The notes: generated by a model not told the origin, from the letters alone. Shown: positions 1 to 11,249, numbered from the stretch's first letter. The stretch is 64,000 nucleotides of DNA from an uncultured bacterium (GCA_965662235.1 CBFIGY010000010.1:1-64000); one strand, 5' to 3'. Translations and numbers: made by a program.

Positions 1-76
1 CACAACGAGTCTGTTGTGGGAGTTTTCAACAGTGGCGGTCTGCTGAGTGTCTGAGGAGGTTGAGTGTCTGAGGGAA

Positions 77-448
77 TTACAGGTAGTCTGCGAGAGACTT
101 CCCCGTTGAGGCCGCTGGGGTTGGTTCTGGATGAGAGGTGGCGTGAGCGTTGTGCTCATGACCTCCCTGTCCATGGTCGTCATGTCCGTGTCCGCTTACC
201 AGGGCATTCCAAGCGGCTTGTCCTCTGCGGAAGTAGACCATCAGGTTGAACCCCAGCAGTCCGCTGATGAAGAGCATGCCGGCAAGTGCCAGTTTGGAGT
301 CTGCTGGAAGGAACACCACCAGCACCAACGGCATGATGCCTCCGACCGGATAGTCACGGGAGTTTTGTGAGCCAATCAGGAACATGGACAGGACGCCAAA
401 AAACATTCCGGTGCCGATTCCCAGCAGTAAAATGTAAGGAAACTCCAT
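77..448 (-). CDS. Small membrane protein with His-rich C-terminal tail
   Basis: Probable start at ATG 448 (MEFPYILL). About 3 hydrophobic segments, then HGHDDHGQGGHEHNAHATSH. Same strand as, and downstream of, the L,D-transpeptidase gene. Confidence 0.65.
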   Translation of the reverse strand: MEFPYILLLGIGTGMFFGVLSMFLIGSQNSRDYPVGGIMPLVLVVFLPADSKLALAGMLFISGLLGFNLMVYFRRGQAAWNALVSGHGHDDHGQGGHEHNAHATSHPEPTPAASTGKSLADYL

Positions 449-528
449 AGGGTGAACCAGATTCAGGTTAAGGGTGAAGCCGACACGGCAGGGGTAGAGC
501 CTAGCATGCTTTGACAAGAAGAAGAAGC

Positions 529-2505
529 CTAGAACGCCATGACGTTGGCTTGCTGAAGCAGAGCATCGTATGCAGCTGGTGTCAGAGCCTCCCAGGTTTC
601 GCGGACGATCTCAAAGCGGGAGCCGGCTCGGCGCAGAATCAGGGTCTTGGTGCCAAGGTCCGAGAGACGTTCCGACTGATAATCCTGCAGCAGCCGAACC
701 CGGATGTCTTCACCGGAAAACTCAATCTGCAGTGGAGTCAGCTGAACCTGACGGGCGCCATTGCGCTCGGCGACCCGTTGCTTCAGATCTGCCCAAGCGG
801 CCCGGTCGTAGTCTTCACTCCGGAAGTCCTCAGCGTACATCTGCAGGTAGGCCGAGACGTCTTCCCCCTCCCAAAGGGTCCGCCAGTGGTTCACAAAGGA
901 GAGTACCGACTGCAGCGGGTCCTTGGAAGCAGCAGGGGCGGCGCCAGCCAGCGGTTCAGGTGTTGATTCGATTGCCGGAGCGGGGGCCACCGCAGGTGCG
1001 GGCGCTTCAGGTGCATGCTCAAAGGTCAGATCAAAAGAGAATGCAGCCTCCGGAGCCGGCGTGTTCTCGCTGGTGTCCAGCCACGCGACGCCGTCAGATT
1101 CAGCGCTATCCTGGTCGGCGGTTGCAAGGAGTTCGGTGTTGGGAGCCGCAGGATCTGCATCAGCCGTCGTCACCCAAGCAGCTGCAGTGGCAGAGGCGCC
1201 ATCGAGGTCGACAGGAGAAGCAGGCGGCGGCTCTGGTTCAGCGTCTGTGGTCACGAGCCAAGCGGCTCCGGAAGGGAGTGCATCCAGCTCAACAGGGGCA
1301 GGCGCACTGATCAGGGTGCGCCGCAGTTCACTGAGCCCTTCCGGATTCTGCAAAGCCAGGGGCTCCTCGGCAGAAGTTTCCGGTTCCTCTGGAAGTGAAG
1401 CCTCCGCTGTGGCGGGCTCGTCCGGGAGATTGGGTGAGAAGGACAAGGCCGCAAGAAGCGGGTCGTTTTCCGGAGTGGCCTTCACGACGCTGCCTTCGAT
1501 GGGAGTGCCATTGAGGACGATGGGGAAGCTCTGTCGCTCCATGGCCAACTGGTCGGCAGCGTTGAGCTTGCCCCACTGTTCACTGACGATCTCATACCCG
1601 CTTTCCTTCTTCCGGAGGTAGAGGGTTTTGAGTCCAGAGGTCTGCAGGTGCGGGGCATCATAGTCCTGAAACAGCCGAACTTCCGTAATGTCTGCGGAGC
1701 GAAGGATGCTCAGGACCTGGATGCTGATCCGCTTTTCCCGGTACAGGTCATTGACGTTCTGCTTGTACTGCTTCCACCGGGTTGCATTGAATTTTTGGGT
1801 CCGGAAGTCGTCTGAGTAGAGCGACAGGTAGACCGGGTTGTCGCTGGTCTCCCAAGACGTGATCCAGGTCTGCAGAAACTCCAGCACCTGCTGACGTTCC
1901 TGGAGGACCTTCCACGGGCTTTCCAGCTGCAGCTTCTTGCTGATGAGCATTGGGGTGTTGCGCAGCGAAACCAGCTGCTTGACCTCTAGCAGCTCGTCGT
2001 TACGCAGCGAAATGCAGCCACGGGTGGCAACCGGCTCGACAGACTCGGTGCCATGCAACCAGATGCCAGACCCTGTTTTGTGGTGAAAGTAGCGGTCTAG
2101 GAAATTGGGATAGTTGGTGACTAGGGCGCCGGAGCCGTAAACGGAGGCGATTTTTTCGCCGTAACGTTGGTCCAGAAGTGAACTGCTCAGCTTCTGTCGG
2201 AAGCGGTAGATGCCCTCCGGGGTCTTTTGATCGCCCTCGACCTGCTTGTCACCGCCGACCTTGCCGGACTCGCAGGAGTGCAGGGAGCGCAGTCGCCAGT
2301 GTCCGTTGAGTTGGTAAACGTAAAGGGTGCATCCGGATTTATCCACCGCGATGACGGTGTCTCCTTCAACCCCATAGTAGAGGAGGCCGTCGGGAATGGT
2401 TTCTGCCGCCACTGCGAAAGGGGGCAGGAGTCCCCCGTATCCAGCGAGGAGCAGTCCGAGAGCGACCAGCAGGCGGGACAAGGAGGTCGACAGTGGGCGT
2501 GTCAC
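529..2505 (-). CDS. L,D-transpeptidase (YkuD family, Csd6-like) with two NTF2-like domains and an acidic linker
   Basis: Signal peptide; GDQKTPEGIY motif; catalytic HG...C motif (IWLHGTESVEPVATRGCISL); two similar 'W...WE...YL..Y..DF' NTF2-like blocks separated by an Ala/Pro/Glu-rich linker. Confidence 0.85.
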   Translation of the reverse strand: MTRPLSTSLSRLLVALGLLLAGYGGLLPPFAVAAETIPDGLLYYGVEGDTVIAVDKSGCTLYVYQLNGHWRLRSLHSCESGKVGGDKQVEGDQKTPEGIYRFRQKLSSSLLDQRYGEKIASVYGSGALVTNYPNFLDRYFHHKTGSGIWLHGTESVEPVATRGCISLRNDELLEVKQLVSLRNTPMLISKKLQLESPWKVLQERQQVLEFLQTWITSWETSDNPVYLSLYSDDFRTQKFNATRWKQYKQNVNDLYREKRISIQVLSILRSADITEVRLFQDYDAPHLQTSGLKTLYLRKKESGYEIVSEQWGKLNAADQLAMERQSFPIVLNGTPIEGSVVKATPENDPLLAALSFSPNLPDEPATAEASLPEEPETSAEEPLALQNPEGLSELRRTLISAPAPVELDALPSGAAWLVTTDAEPEPPPASPVDLDGASATAAAWVTTADADPAAPNTELLATADQDSAESDGVAWLDTSENTPAPEAAFSFDLTFEHAPEAPAPAVAPAPAIESTPEPLAGAAPAASKDPLQSVLSFVNHWRTLWEGEDVSAYLQMYAEDFRSEDYDRAAWADLKQRVAERNGARQVQLTPLQIEFSGEDIRVRLLQDYQSERLSDLGTKTLILRRAGSRFEIVRETWEALTPAAYDALLQQANVMAF

Positions 2506-2858
2506 GAGGCTTTATCGAGGAGTTGAATGATTTCTTGGATCTTGGTTTCCGCGGCCTCGGGGTGTGAGGAGCCCAAGGCGTCGCGGACGCAGTGGTTCAG
2601 GTGGTCCTTGAGGATGCCCAGCTCCACCTGCCGCAAGGCACCGGAGGCGGCCCGGATCTGGGCAATGATGTCCATGCAGTAGCGTCGTTCTTCCACCATC
2701 TTCTGAATGCCCCGGAGCTGCCCCTCCACGCGTCGGAGGCGGTTGAGCTGCAGGTGGTGGTCCGGATGAGCCGCAGATTCCGACTCATGGCATCCGGGTG
2801 TCTCACTCAGGGAAGAAGAAAGGCCCTCTTGGGCGGCATTCGCATTGCAGGTTGTCAC
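2502..2858 (-). CDS. csoR: CsoR/RcnR-family metal-sensing repressor
   Basis: LNRLRRVEGQLRGIQKMVEERRYCMDI...HLNHCV carries the Cys-His-Cys fingerprint. Overlaps the next gene by 4 bp. Confidence 0.9.
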   Translation of the reverse strand: MTTCNANAAQEGLSSSLSETPGCHESESAAHPDHHLQLNRLRRVEGQLRGIQKMVEERRYCMDIIAQIRAASGALRQVELGILKDHLNHCVRDALGSSHPEAAETKIQEIIQLLDKAS

Positions 2859-2963
2859 TGGCTGCCGTTAAACTGGTTCGGTTTCCACGAGTCAAAAAAT
2901 CCTGGCGCGTGCCAGGGGTTCCGAGGTCTTGCAAGAAACGGGACACCTCGTGGCCAAGGGCCA

Positions 2964-2992
2964 AGTATAAAGAGGGCATGCCACAGACACAA
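2964..2992 (-). promoter_or_regulatory. Possible sigma70 promoter for the csoR-ldt unit
   Basis: Minus strand reads TTGTGT-N17-TATACT upstream of csoR. Confidence 0.35.
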
Positions 2993-3061
2993 CCTGAACT
3001 TGCAGGGAACGCTCGCTGAGCCTTCAGTCCCCTGTGCCGACTCGACCCCAAAAACGCTTCC

Positions 3062-4186
3062 ATGCTGGACTCCCATTCTTCAGAAACCGTCCGTTCCGGA
3101 GACGTCGCCCTAGTGCTGGCGGCCCTCATGCTGGTTTCCTATGGCCTGATCATGATCTACAGCACCGGGGTCGCCGTGGCAGAGCGAACCTATGGGGACA
3201 GCTTCTACTTTGTCAAACGCCACCTCCTGAACCTCTTGGTTGCCGGCGCAGCGTTCTACGTGGGCTACCGCATTGACTACCGACGCTGGCGGGCCTGGAT
3301 TCCGTGGATGATGGTGGGAATGTTGGTGCTGCTGCTAGCAGTGATGGTGACGCACTACGGGGCCTCGGTTAAAGGGGGGCGGCGCTGGCTCCGGGTGGCG
3401 GGTTTTGGCTTCCAACCAGCAGAGTTTCTGAAGGTCGTGTTGGTGTTTTATGTGGCCTCCTACTTAGAACGCAAGCAGGCGTTGCTGGGATCCTTTACCA
3501 AGGGACTGATCCCGACGTTTCTCATCACGGGGCTGTACCTCTTTCTGGTGCTGCTGCAGCCGGATTTTGGAACTGTGGTGCTGATGGCGATGACGGTGCT
3601 TGTGATGCTCTTCCTTGGAGGCGGGCGGGTGGCTCACATCATCGCCAGCATCCTCAGTGTCGGCATGGTGGGAGCACTGCTGGTCAGCATGGAGGAGTAC
3701 CGCATGAAGCGGATCCTAGCCTTCCTGGACCCGTGGAGTGACCCTTGGAACTCCGGATACCAGATCATCCAAGCGTTCATTGCAATTGGCAGTGGAGGCT
3801 GGACCGGACGAGGGCTGGGCATGAGTCGGCAGAAGCTATTCTTTCTTCCGGAGGCGCACACCGACTTCATCTTCGCCATCGTTGGTGAAGAGTTGGGCTT
3901 CCTCGGAGTGCTGCTGCTGCTGGCGCTGTTTACCGTTTTCCTCTGGCGTGGGTTCTGGGTTGCCTGGAACGTTCAGGACACCTTTGCGCGTCACGTCGCT
4001 TCCGGTTTTACCACCTTGATCAGCCTGCAGGTCCTGTTTAACCTATGTGTGGTCACCGGGCTCATGCCCACCAAGGGCATCTCCCTCCCCTTCATCAGCT
4101 ACGGAGGGTCATCGCTGATGACCACCATGCTGATCACGGGCATCCTCTTGAACATCAGTCGTAATGTTTCGGCACAACGTGGCTGA
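3062..4186 (+). CDS. ftsW: SEDS peptidoglycan polymerase FtsW
   Basis: RRWL..GFGFQPAEFLK, LLQPDFGT, GYQIIQAFIAIGSGG, LPEAHTDFIFAIVGEELG and LPFISYGGSS motifs. Confidence 0.93.
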   Translation: MLDSHSSETVRSGDVALVLAALMLVSYGLIMIYSTGVAVAERTYGDSFYFVKRHLLNLLVAGAAFYVGYRIDYRRWRAWIPWMMVGMLVLLLAVMVTHYGASVKGGRRWLRVAGFGFQPAEFLKVVLVFYVASYLERKQALLGSFTKGLIPTFLITGLYLFLVLLQPDFGTVVLMAMTVLVMLFLGGGRVAHIIASILSVGMVGALLVSMEEYRMKRILAFLDPWSDPWNSGYQIIQAFIAIGSGGWTGRGLGMSRQKLFFLPEAHTDFIFAIVGEELGFLGVLLLLALFTVFLWRGFWVAWNVQDTFARHVASGFTTLISLQVLFNLCVVTGLMPTKGISLPFISYGGSSLMTTMLITGILLNISRNVSAQRG

Positions 4187-7100
4187 ACGCCTCCTGCTGG
4201 GCCTGATTTTTGGGCTCCTTTGCTTCCTCTCCCTTTCCCCCTCCAGTTTCGCGCAAACGGGTTCGGAGCCCGAGCTTGAAGAGACGGCTGATGCCTCTGA
4301 TGAGGCAGAAGACGCCACCCTTGATGACGCTTCCTCCGGACGCATCGACCACCGCCTGAAGAACTTCCTAGAGACCACACAGGGACTTGATGACTGGAAC
4401 CGCATCATGCTGGCCATTCTGGAAAGTCCGGAAGCGGTTGAGGAGGTGCTCAACCAGGGCATGCGCGTCAACGTCCGGGGGCATGGACAGTTCCGTGGAT
4501 CGACGCCCCTGATCTTTGCCGCCAAGACGGGGAAGCTGGCCATTGTGAAGCTGCTGGTGGAACGCAAGGCCCGGATCAATGACACCGACGACAATGGCAT
4601 GACTGCTCTGGCGCACGCCGCACAGGAAGGCGAGTTGGAGATTGTGCAGTTTCTGCTGCAACGAGGGGCAAATCCGGACACCATCTCTGACAACCACTGG
4701 ACCCCCCTCATCCTCGCGACCCGTCGCGGGCACGACGGTGTGGTCCGGACCCTGCTCAGCTCCGGCGTCCGCGTCAACTATGCCGATCACTTGGGCCTGA
4801 CGGCTCTAGCGTATGCTGCTCAGGAGGGGGAGCTGACCATTGCCCAAGTGCTGCTGGAGTACGAAGCAGATCCCCGGATTGCCTCTCAGAACGAATCGAC
4901 CCCTCTGCTGTGGGCGGTCAAGAGCGACCAGCTGTCCCTAGTTGCAGAGCTGCACCGAAATGGAGGCTCCATCCGGGTACGGGAGAAGGAATTTGGGCGG
5001 ACCCCTCTGCACCTGGCGGCACTCAACGGCAGCACCGCCATGACCCGCTTCCTGCTCCGTCTGGGTGCCGAAATTGATGCGGCGGATTTTCAGGGGCGGA
5101 CCCCCTTGATCACGGCTCTGCTGGCAGAACAGGAAGAAACAGCCGTGACGCTCATTCAAGAGGGTGCTTCCTTGGAACTACCGGATGAACAGGGCAACAC
5201 GGCCTTGATGCTCGCTGCCGAAAACGGAATGCTGACCGCGCTCCAAGAGCTCCTCAAGCGTCCTGTGGACCTCGACATCCAGAATGAGCTGGGACAGACT
5301 CCGCTGATGCTCGCTGCGGCTTCGGGAGAGCGCGAAGTGGTAGAGTTGCTGCTCCGTCGCAGTGCGGATTTGGAGCAGGTGGACCGTTACGGGAAAACCG
5401 CGTGGATGTATGCAGCGGATGCCCAGCAGTCGGAGGTGGTGGCGTTTCTAGACCAAAACGGAGGAGCGACCTCAGGAAACCTGATCTATGCGGCTACCCG
5501 AGGCTACCTGACCATTTTGCAGGACCTGCTGCAACGGGAAGTTCCTCTGAATGCCCATGACGAAATGGGGTGGACTGCGTTGATGTGGGCCGCCAACAAC
5601 GGACACCAGGAGGCCCTGAACCTGCTTCTGGAGAAGGGCGCAGGGGTCAACGATCACGGAAGCGATGGCTGGACCGCGCTGATGCTGGCTGCCGGACGGG
5701 GTCATGCTGAGACCATTGAGCTTCTGATTCAAAACGGGGCCGACTTCACCATCCGGGATCAGGACGAGTGGACGGCGCTGACGTGGGCGGCTCACAAGGG
5801 ACAGACCCGTTCCGTGAAGAAGCTCATCAGTTTGGGAGCCAACGTCAATGAGCAGGGCGCCAACGGCGTCACTCCGCTCGCGTGGGCAGCGGCTTCCGGA
5901 AACACCGAGACCGTGTTGGCGCTGCTGGAACTGCAAGCCGATCTGCACCTGCAAGACGCCTATGGCAGGAGCCCGCTCACCCTGGCTTTGCTGAAGGGGC
6001 ATTTTGAAACGGCAGGCACCCTCATCCGCCTAGGTGCCAAGGCCAACGAGAGCCTCCTGTATGCCTCCAGCCGAGGGTACGTGAGCATTGTTGAGTTTCT
6101 TCTGGAGCACCAGGCCAGCCTAAAGCACCGTTCTGAAGAAGGCATGACACCGTTGCTGCTGGCCAGTCGAGGAGGGCACCAGGTGCTGATCCAGTTACTG
6201 CTGGAGCAGGGCGCCGACCCGCTCTTCCGAGATCCGAAGAACCGCACCGCCCTGCACTACGCGGTGATGGCAGACTCGCTCCCAAGTAGCCGATTGCTTC
6301 TGGGAGCCGGAGACCTGGTGAACCTAAAGGATTCAGAGGGCAACACGGCCCTGATGCTCGCAGCGGATCAGGGATACCGGAGTCTGGTGGAACTGCTTCT
6401 GCGCGAGGGTGCTCGACTGAACCAAACCAATGAAACCGGAAACACGGCCTTGATGCTGGCAGCGGCCAAAGGATACCGCGAGATCTGCCGGCTGCTCCTG
6501 CGTTCAGGGGCCGATCCGGAGTTTCAGACGGAATCTGAACAAAATGCCCTGATGGTGGCTGCTCAAAACGGACACCGCCTTGTGGTGGAACTGCTACTGG
6601 AGCAAGGGGTTCCAGTGGATACGAAGATGTTCCAGCTACAGGGAAAGGGGGGCACGGCTCTGACTTTGGCCGCCCGAAGCGGACACTCGGACGTGGTGCA
6701 GGTCCTGCTCAACAATGGCGCCAACCTGGAGGCCGTGGAGCTGATGTACCGCCGGACGGCTCTGATGGAGGCGGCCCGAAGTGGACACTTGGGAACGGTG
6801 AAGGTCTTGCTGCTGGCTGGTGCGGTGATTTCAGAACGAGACCTTGCGGGACGAACAGCGTTCCTACTGGCTGCGGAGGCTGGACACTCTCCTGTGGCGC
6901 GTTACCTGCTCGACCAGGCTCCGGAATCGCTCTCTGATGTGGATGAGGAGGGCAAGTCAGCGCTGCACCTAGCGGCCCAAAATGGTCGAGCCGAAGTGGT
7001 ACAACTGCTGCTGGATCAGAGAATGGATCCCAACCAACGGGATCAACAAGGAGAAACGCCTCTGCACTTGGCCGCTCAGGCCGAGAGCATGATGGTGCTG

Positions 7101-7214
7101 AAGCGCTTGCTGGAGGCGGGAGCAGATCCGCAGATTCAAGACCGTTCTGGACGGAGCCCCCGGGACCTCGCCGAGGCGGCACGTTCCACGGAGCTCGCTC
7201 AGCTGTTTGAGTAG
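4164..7214 (+). CDS. Secreted ankyrin-repeat protein (roughly 25 or more repeats)
   Basis: Signal peptide ending SFA-QT, then repeated G.T(P/A)L..AA..G...V..LL..GA units to the C-terminus. Alternative GTG start at 4179. Confidence 0.92.
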   Translation: MFRHNVAERLLLGLIFGLLCFLSLSPSSFAQTGSEPELEETADASDEAEDATLDDASSGRIDHRLKNFLETTQGLDDWNRIMLAILESPEAVEEVLNQGMRVNVRGHGQFRGSTPLIFAAKTGKLAIVKLLVERKARINDTDDNGMTALAHAAQEGELEIVQFLLQRGANPDTISDNHWTPLILATRRGHDGVVRTLLSSGVRVNYADHLGLTALAYAAQEGELTIAQVLLEYEADPRIASQNESTPLLWAVKSDQLSLVAELHRNGGSIRVREKEFGRTPLHLAALNGSTAMTRFLLRLGAEIDAADFQGRTPLITALLAEQEETAVTLIQEGASLELPDEQGNTALMLAAENGMLTALQELLKRPVDLDIQNELGQTPLMLAAASGEREVVELLLRRSADLEQVDRYGKTAWMYAADAQQSEVVAFLDQNGGATSGNLIYAATRGYLTILQDLLQREVPLNAHDEMGWTALMWAANNGHQEALNLLLEKGAGVNDHGSDGWTALMLAAGRGHAETIELLIQNGADFTIRDQDEWTALTWAAHKGQTRSVKKLISLGANVNEQGANGVTPLAWAAASGNTETVLALLELQADLHLQDAYGRSPLTLALLKGHFETAGTLIRLGAKANESLLYASSRGYVSIVEFLLEHQASLKHRSEEGMTPLLLASRGGHQVLIQLLLEQGADPLFRDPKNRTALHYAVMADSLPSSRLLLGAGDLVNLKDSEGNTALMLAADQGYRSLVELLLREGARLNQTNETGNTALMLAAAKGYREICRLLLRSGADPEFQTESEQNALMVAAQNGHRLVVELLLEQGVPVDTKMFQLQGKGGTALTLAARSGHSDVVQVLLNNGANLEAVELMYRRTALMEAARSGHLGTVKVLLLAGAVISERDLAGRTAFLLAAEAGHSPVARYLLDQAPESLSDVDEEGKSALHLAAQNGRAEVVQLLLDQRMDPNQRDQQGETPLHLAAQAESMMVLKRLLEAGADPQIQDRSGRSPRDLAEAARSTELAQLFE

Positions 7215-7217
7215 CCC

Positions 7218-7457
7218 TCAGCTTCCCTTGTTCCACCAGGCCAGCACCAGCTGCTGCTCTCGCTCCCGGAAGCCCGCTTCATCAATCTTGCCCTGACGGA
7301 ATCCCTCCCGGAGGTAGTGAAGCTTCGCCAGCCACTCTTCGGTGCTGCTGCACTGACTCCACCCCCCTTCGGTTTGCCGGACCATTTGTTCATAGGCCTC
7401 GGAGTCGAGGTCAATGGGGTGGTCCAGGGCATGGGGGGTGACACGAACAGAGGACAT
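7218..7457 (-). CDS. Small hypothetical protein with a possible SHOCT-like C-terminus
   Basis: 79 aa, 10 bp downstream of tal. LHYLREGFRQGKIDEAGFREREQQL resembles the SHOCT motif. Confidence 0.6.
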   Translation of the reverse strand: MSSVRVTPHALDHPIDLDSEAYEQMVRQTEGGWSQCSSTEEWLAKLHYLREGFRQGKIDEAGFREREQQLVLAWWNKGS

Positions 7458-7467
7458 TGAGGGAACC

Positions 7468-8130
7468 TCAGTCGGCTTGACCCAGCGTCTGCCCCGTCTT
7501 TTCCCAGTCCTTCAGGAAAGCGGCCAGACCCTTGTCAGTGAGCGGATGGTGGAACAGCTGGTGAATCACCTTCGGGGGTGCGGTGATTACATCGGCACCC
7601 AGTTTCGCACAGTGAAGCGCGTGCTGCGGTCCCCGGACAGAAGCAGCCAGGACCTCGGTTTCAAAACCGTAGTTGTTGTAGATCTCAACGATGTCGGCAA
7701 TGAGGTCCAGCCCATCTTGGCTGATGTCGTCAAGGCGTCCCACAAATGGGCTGATGAAGGTCGCTCCGGCTTTGGCGGCCAGCAGGGCTTGATTGGCGCT
7801 GAAGCACAGAGTCACGTTGACGGGGTGACCTTCCTTGCTGAGCTGGTGGCAGGCCTGGATTCCTTCTGGAGTCAGGGGGACCTTAACGACCATGTTGTCA
7901 GCAATCTGACGGAGCCACCGGCCTTCGCGGACCATGCTCTCTGCGTCTGTGGAAACCGTCTCGCCCGAGATCGGTCCGTCAACCAGCTTGCAGATCTCTG
8001 CCAGCACCTCGCGGATGTCGCGTCCAGATTGGGCAATGAGGCTGGGGTTGGTGGTCACACCATCGACAATGCCGTAGGCGTTGAGGGCTTGAATCTGTTC
8101 AGTATCCGCAGTATCAACGAAAATTTTCAT
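7468..8130 (-). CDS. tal: Transaldolase / fructose-6-phosphate aldolase (short type)
   Basis: [22 protein letters not shown] (Schiff-base Lys), VNVTLCFS and [11 protein letters not shown]. Start reassigned to ATG 8130. Confidence 0.93.
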   Translation of the reverse strand: MKIFVDTADTEQIQALNAYGIVDGVTTNPSLIAQSGRDIREVLAEICKLVDGPISGETVSTDAESMVREGRWLRQIADNMVVKVPLTPEGIQACHQLSKEGHPVNVTLCFSANQALLAAKAGATFISPFVGRLDDISQDGLDLIADIVEIYNNYGFETEVLAASVRGPQHALHCAKLGADVITAPPKVIHQLFHHPLTDKGLAAFLKDWEKTGQTLGQAD

Positions 8131-8352
8131 AGAGGGCACTTGTGCATGAGGTTGAAGGGGCGGCAGGAGCGGGCACGCCAGTGACTTTTTCATCGAAAAG
8201 CATTCAATTGTAACGAACCTCTGTCTGGAGTGCAATCCGGCAAAAAGCAGAACCGCGTGTTGGTGAGTGGTTCTCTGCAGGGAAGCCCCCTGTACGTTTT
8301 CGGCCAGAGGGCACGGCGCCCGAGAGCCATTTTTCTGGAGTGGGAGAGAGTT

Positions 8353-8778
8353 ATGACGTCTTCATCGCAAGCCCTTGAGGTCGCGCAAGCCATGTATGCC
8401 GAGGACCGAGCCTCGCAGTTCTTGGGCATGGAGCTGGTTGAGGTCACCCCTGGGGCCGCTACCCTGCGCATGCCGTTGGCCGAGTGGATGTTCAACGGGC
8501 ACGGGACGTGTCACGGCGGCATCATCTTCACGCTGGCAGACTCGGCTTTTGCCTTTGCCTGTAACTCCCACAACCAGCGTACCGTGGCGCAGCACTGCAG
8601 CATTACCTTTCTCAAGCCAGGGAAGCCCGGGGATGTGCTGATTGCGGAGGCCCGCGAAGTGGTGTTGCAGGGTCGCAGTGGTCTTTACGACATTGTGGTG
8701 CGGACGGAAGCCGGCGAAGTGCTGGCTCAGTTCCGAGGCCATTCCCGGAGCATCTCTGGGACGGTGCTCCCGGAGTGA
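8353..8778 (+). CDS. paaI: Hydroxyphenylacetyl-CoA thioesterase (hotdog fold)
   Basis: [25 protein letters not shown] and FRGHS motifs. ATG 8353. Confidence 0.88.
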   Translation: MTSSSQALEVAQAMYAEDRASQFLGMELVEVTPGAATLRMPLAEWMFNGHGTCHGGIIFTLADSAFAFACNSHNQRTVAQHCSITFLKPGKPGDVLIAEAREVVLQGRSGLYDIVVRTEAGEVLAQFRGHSRSISGTVLPE

Positions 8779-8779
8779 C

Positions 8780-9232
8780 TCACGACGCGTCCGAGGGCGA
8801 AGAGGCGTCCAGGAGCTTGTGGACCATCTGGGTGAACTGCTGCTGCTCTTCTGGCTCGAGGCGCCCGAGGAATTGCGCTTCGTAGTCCAGGGCAATGGGC
8901 TTGATGTCTTCAAAGAGGGCCCGTCCAGATTCTGTCAGGCGCATCTCAACCAGCCGACGGTCGTTGGCACTGGGGCGTTTCTCCATGAGGCCTCGGGCTT
9001 CCAGACGGGCTGAGGCGCGGCTGATCTTGGCCTTGTCCATGTCAACATGCTGAAAGACTTCCCGGACGGAGATGCGCTCAGACTCGGCTAGGTGGGCCAT
9101 CAGTCGCCATTCGGGAATGGAAAGGTCGAACTGCGCCTCATAGACCTGAGCCAGGTTCCGGCTCACCTGGTGGGCGAGGACGTTGAGGAGGTATGGAAGG
9201 TAGCGTTCCAGTTGAAGGGCTGACTGACTCAT
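8780..9232 (-). CDS. MarR-family transcriptional regulator
   Basis: YLPYLL, LSIPEWRLMAHL, MDKAKISRA and DRRLVEMRLTESG. Confidence 0.9.
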   Translation of the reverse strand: MSQSALQLERYLPYLLNVLAHQVSRNLAQVYEAQFDLSIPEWRLMAHLAESERISVREVFQHVDMDKAKISRASARLEARGLMEKRPSANDRRLVEMRLTESGRALFEDIKPIALDYEAQFLGRLEPEEQQQFTQMVHKLLDASSPSDAS

Positions 9233-9427
9233 TGGGCTTGGATGCGGTTGAAGGCCGAGGACACTGTCCTTTCAGGAACCCCGTTTCCGGGGAGTTGCTG
9301 CTATGGGGAGCAGGGTGTTATTTTCCAAAATTGCAGACGAAGACGCAACTGTTCTCCGGAGGCAACGCCAGCAACTGGCACGCTTCTTTCAGGCCAGATG
9401 AGTTCAACCTGAACCTGTGAAATCATC

Positions 9428-9919
9428 ATGAACCTCACCCCCCTCACCTCGGAAAAAGAAACCCTGCAGCAACTGCAGCAAGACTTGGTTGACTACGGCT
9501 GGAGCCTGCTTTCCACACAGTACAAGGGGCACCAGTTCTGTCACACCATTGGGCTCCACTGGAGCTTTCAGCATGCAGACCTAGAGTTGGTGGGCCTCAA
9601 TGAAGAGCTGGCCACGCTGTTTCTCAACGAACTGGCTGGTCGTGTGAAGCTTGGGCAGCGGTATCAGCACCTGAGCGTCATTGACGACATGGTGGAGGAC
9701 ATTGAGCTGTTGCTGGTCCACAACCCACTGGATCCGGAAGGAGAGCCCATCCTCAACGGACGCCTGCGCTTGGTGTATCCGGACTCTCAGGGGCGTTACC
9801 CTTGGGAAGCAGGCTGTGAGGACGACTGCCTAGTGCAGTTGCTGTTTCCGGACTCCACCTTGCCCCGTCGAGAGCTGTTTGAAGCAGAAGGGCTGCTCTT
9901 GCACACCGACCCCGTTTAA
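9428..9919 (+). CDS. DUF4262-family protein
   Basis: YGW...F.HTIGL...HADLELVGL and LVYPDSQGRYPWE pattern. Confidence 0.75.
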   Translation: MNLTPLTSEKETLQQLQQDLVDYGWSLLSTQYKGHQFCHTIGLHWSFQHADLELVGLNEELATLFLNELAGRVKLGQRYQHLSVIDDMVEDIELLLVHNPLDPEGEPILNGRLRLVYPDSQGRYPWEAGCEDDCLVQLLFPDSTLPRRELFEAEGLLLHTDPV

Positions 9920-10040
9920 GCGCTCACGCCTGTTTCCGACGCCTCCATTGGCGCGACTTCCTGCCCCGGTTGTGGATCAAGAGTTGCGACTTTTTCCTAA
10001 GTCGCGAAACTGATTTGGTCTCCCCTCCAAGCGAGTGTGA

Positions 10041-11249
<1,209 letters not shown>

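Noticed and set aside
1..3000. Apparent TCGA avoidance and tolerance of CTAG
   Set aside because: A hand count gave about 7 TCGA and 5 CTAG against about 11 expected each. That is too weak to claim without genome-wide statistics.
4400..7200. Recurring DNA motifs such as AACACGGCC(T/C)TGATGCT as a CRISPR or DNA repeat array
   Set aside because: They are degenerate, in frame and explained by ankyrin repeat coding. There is no repeat-spacer structure and no cas genes.
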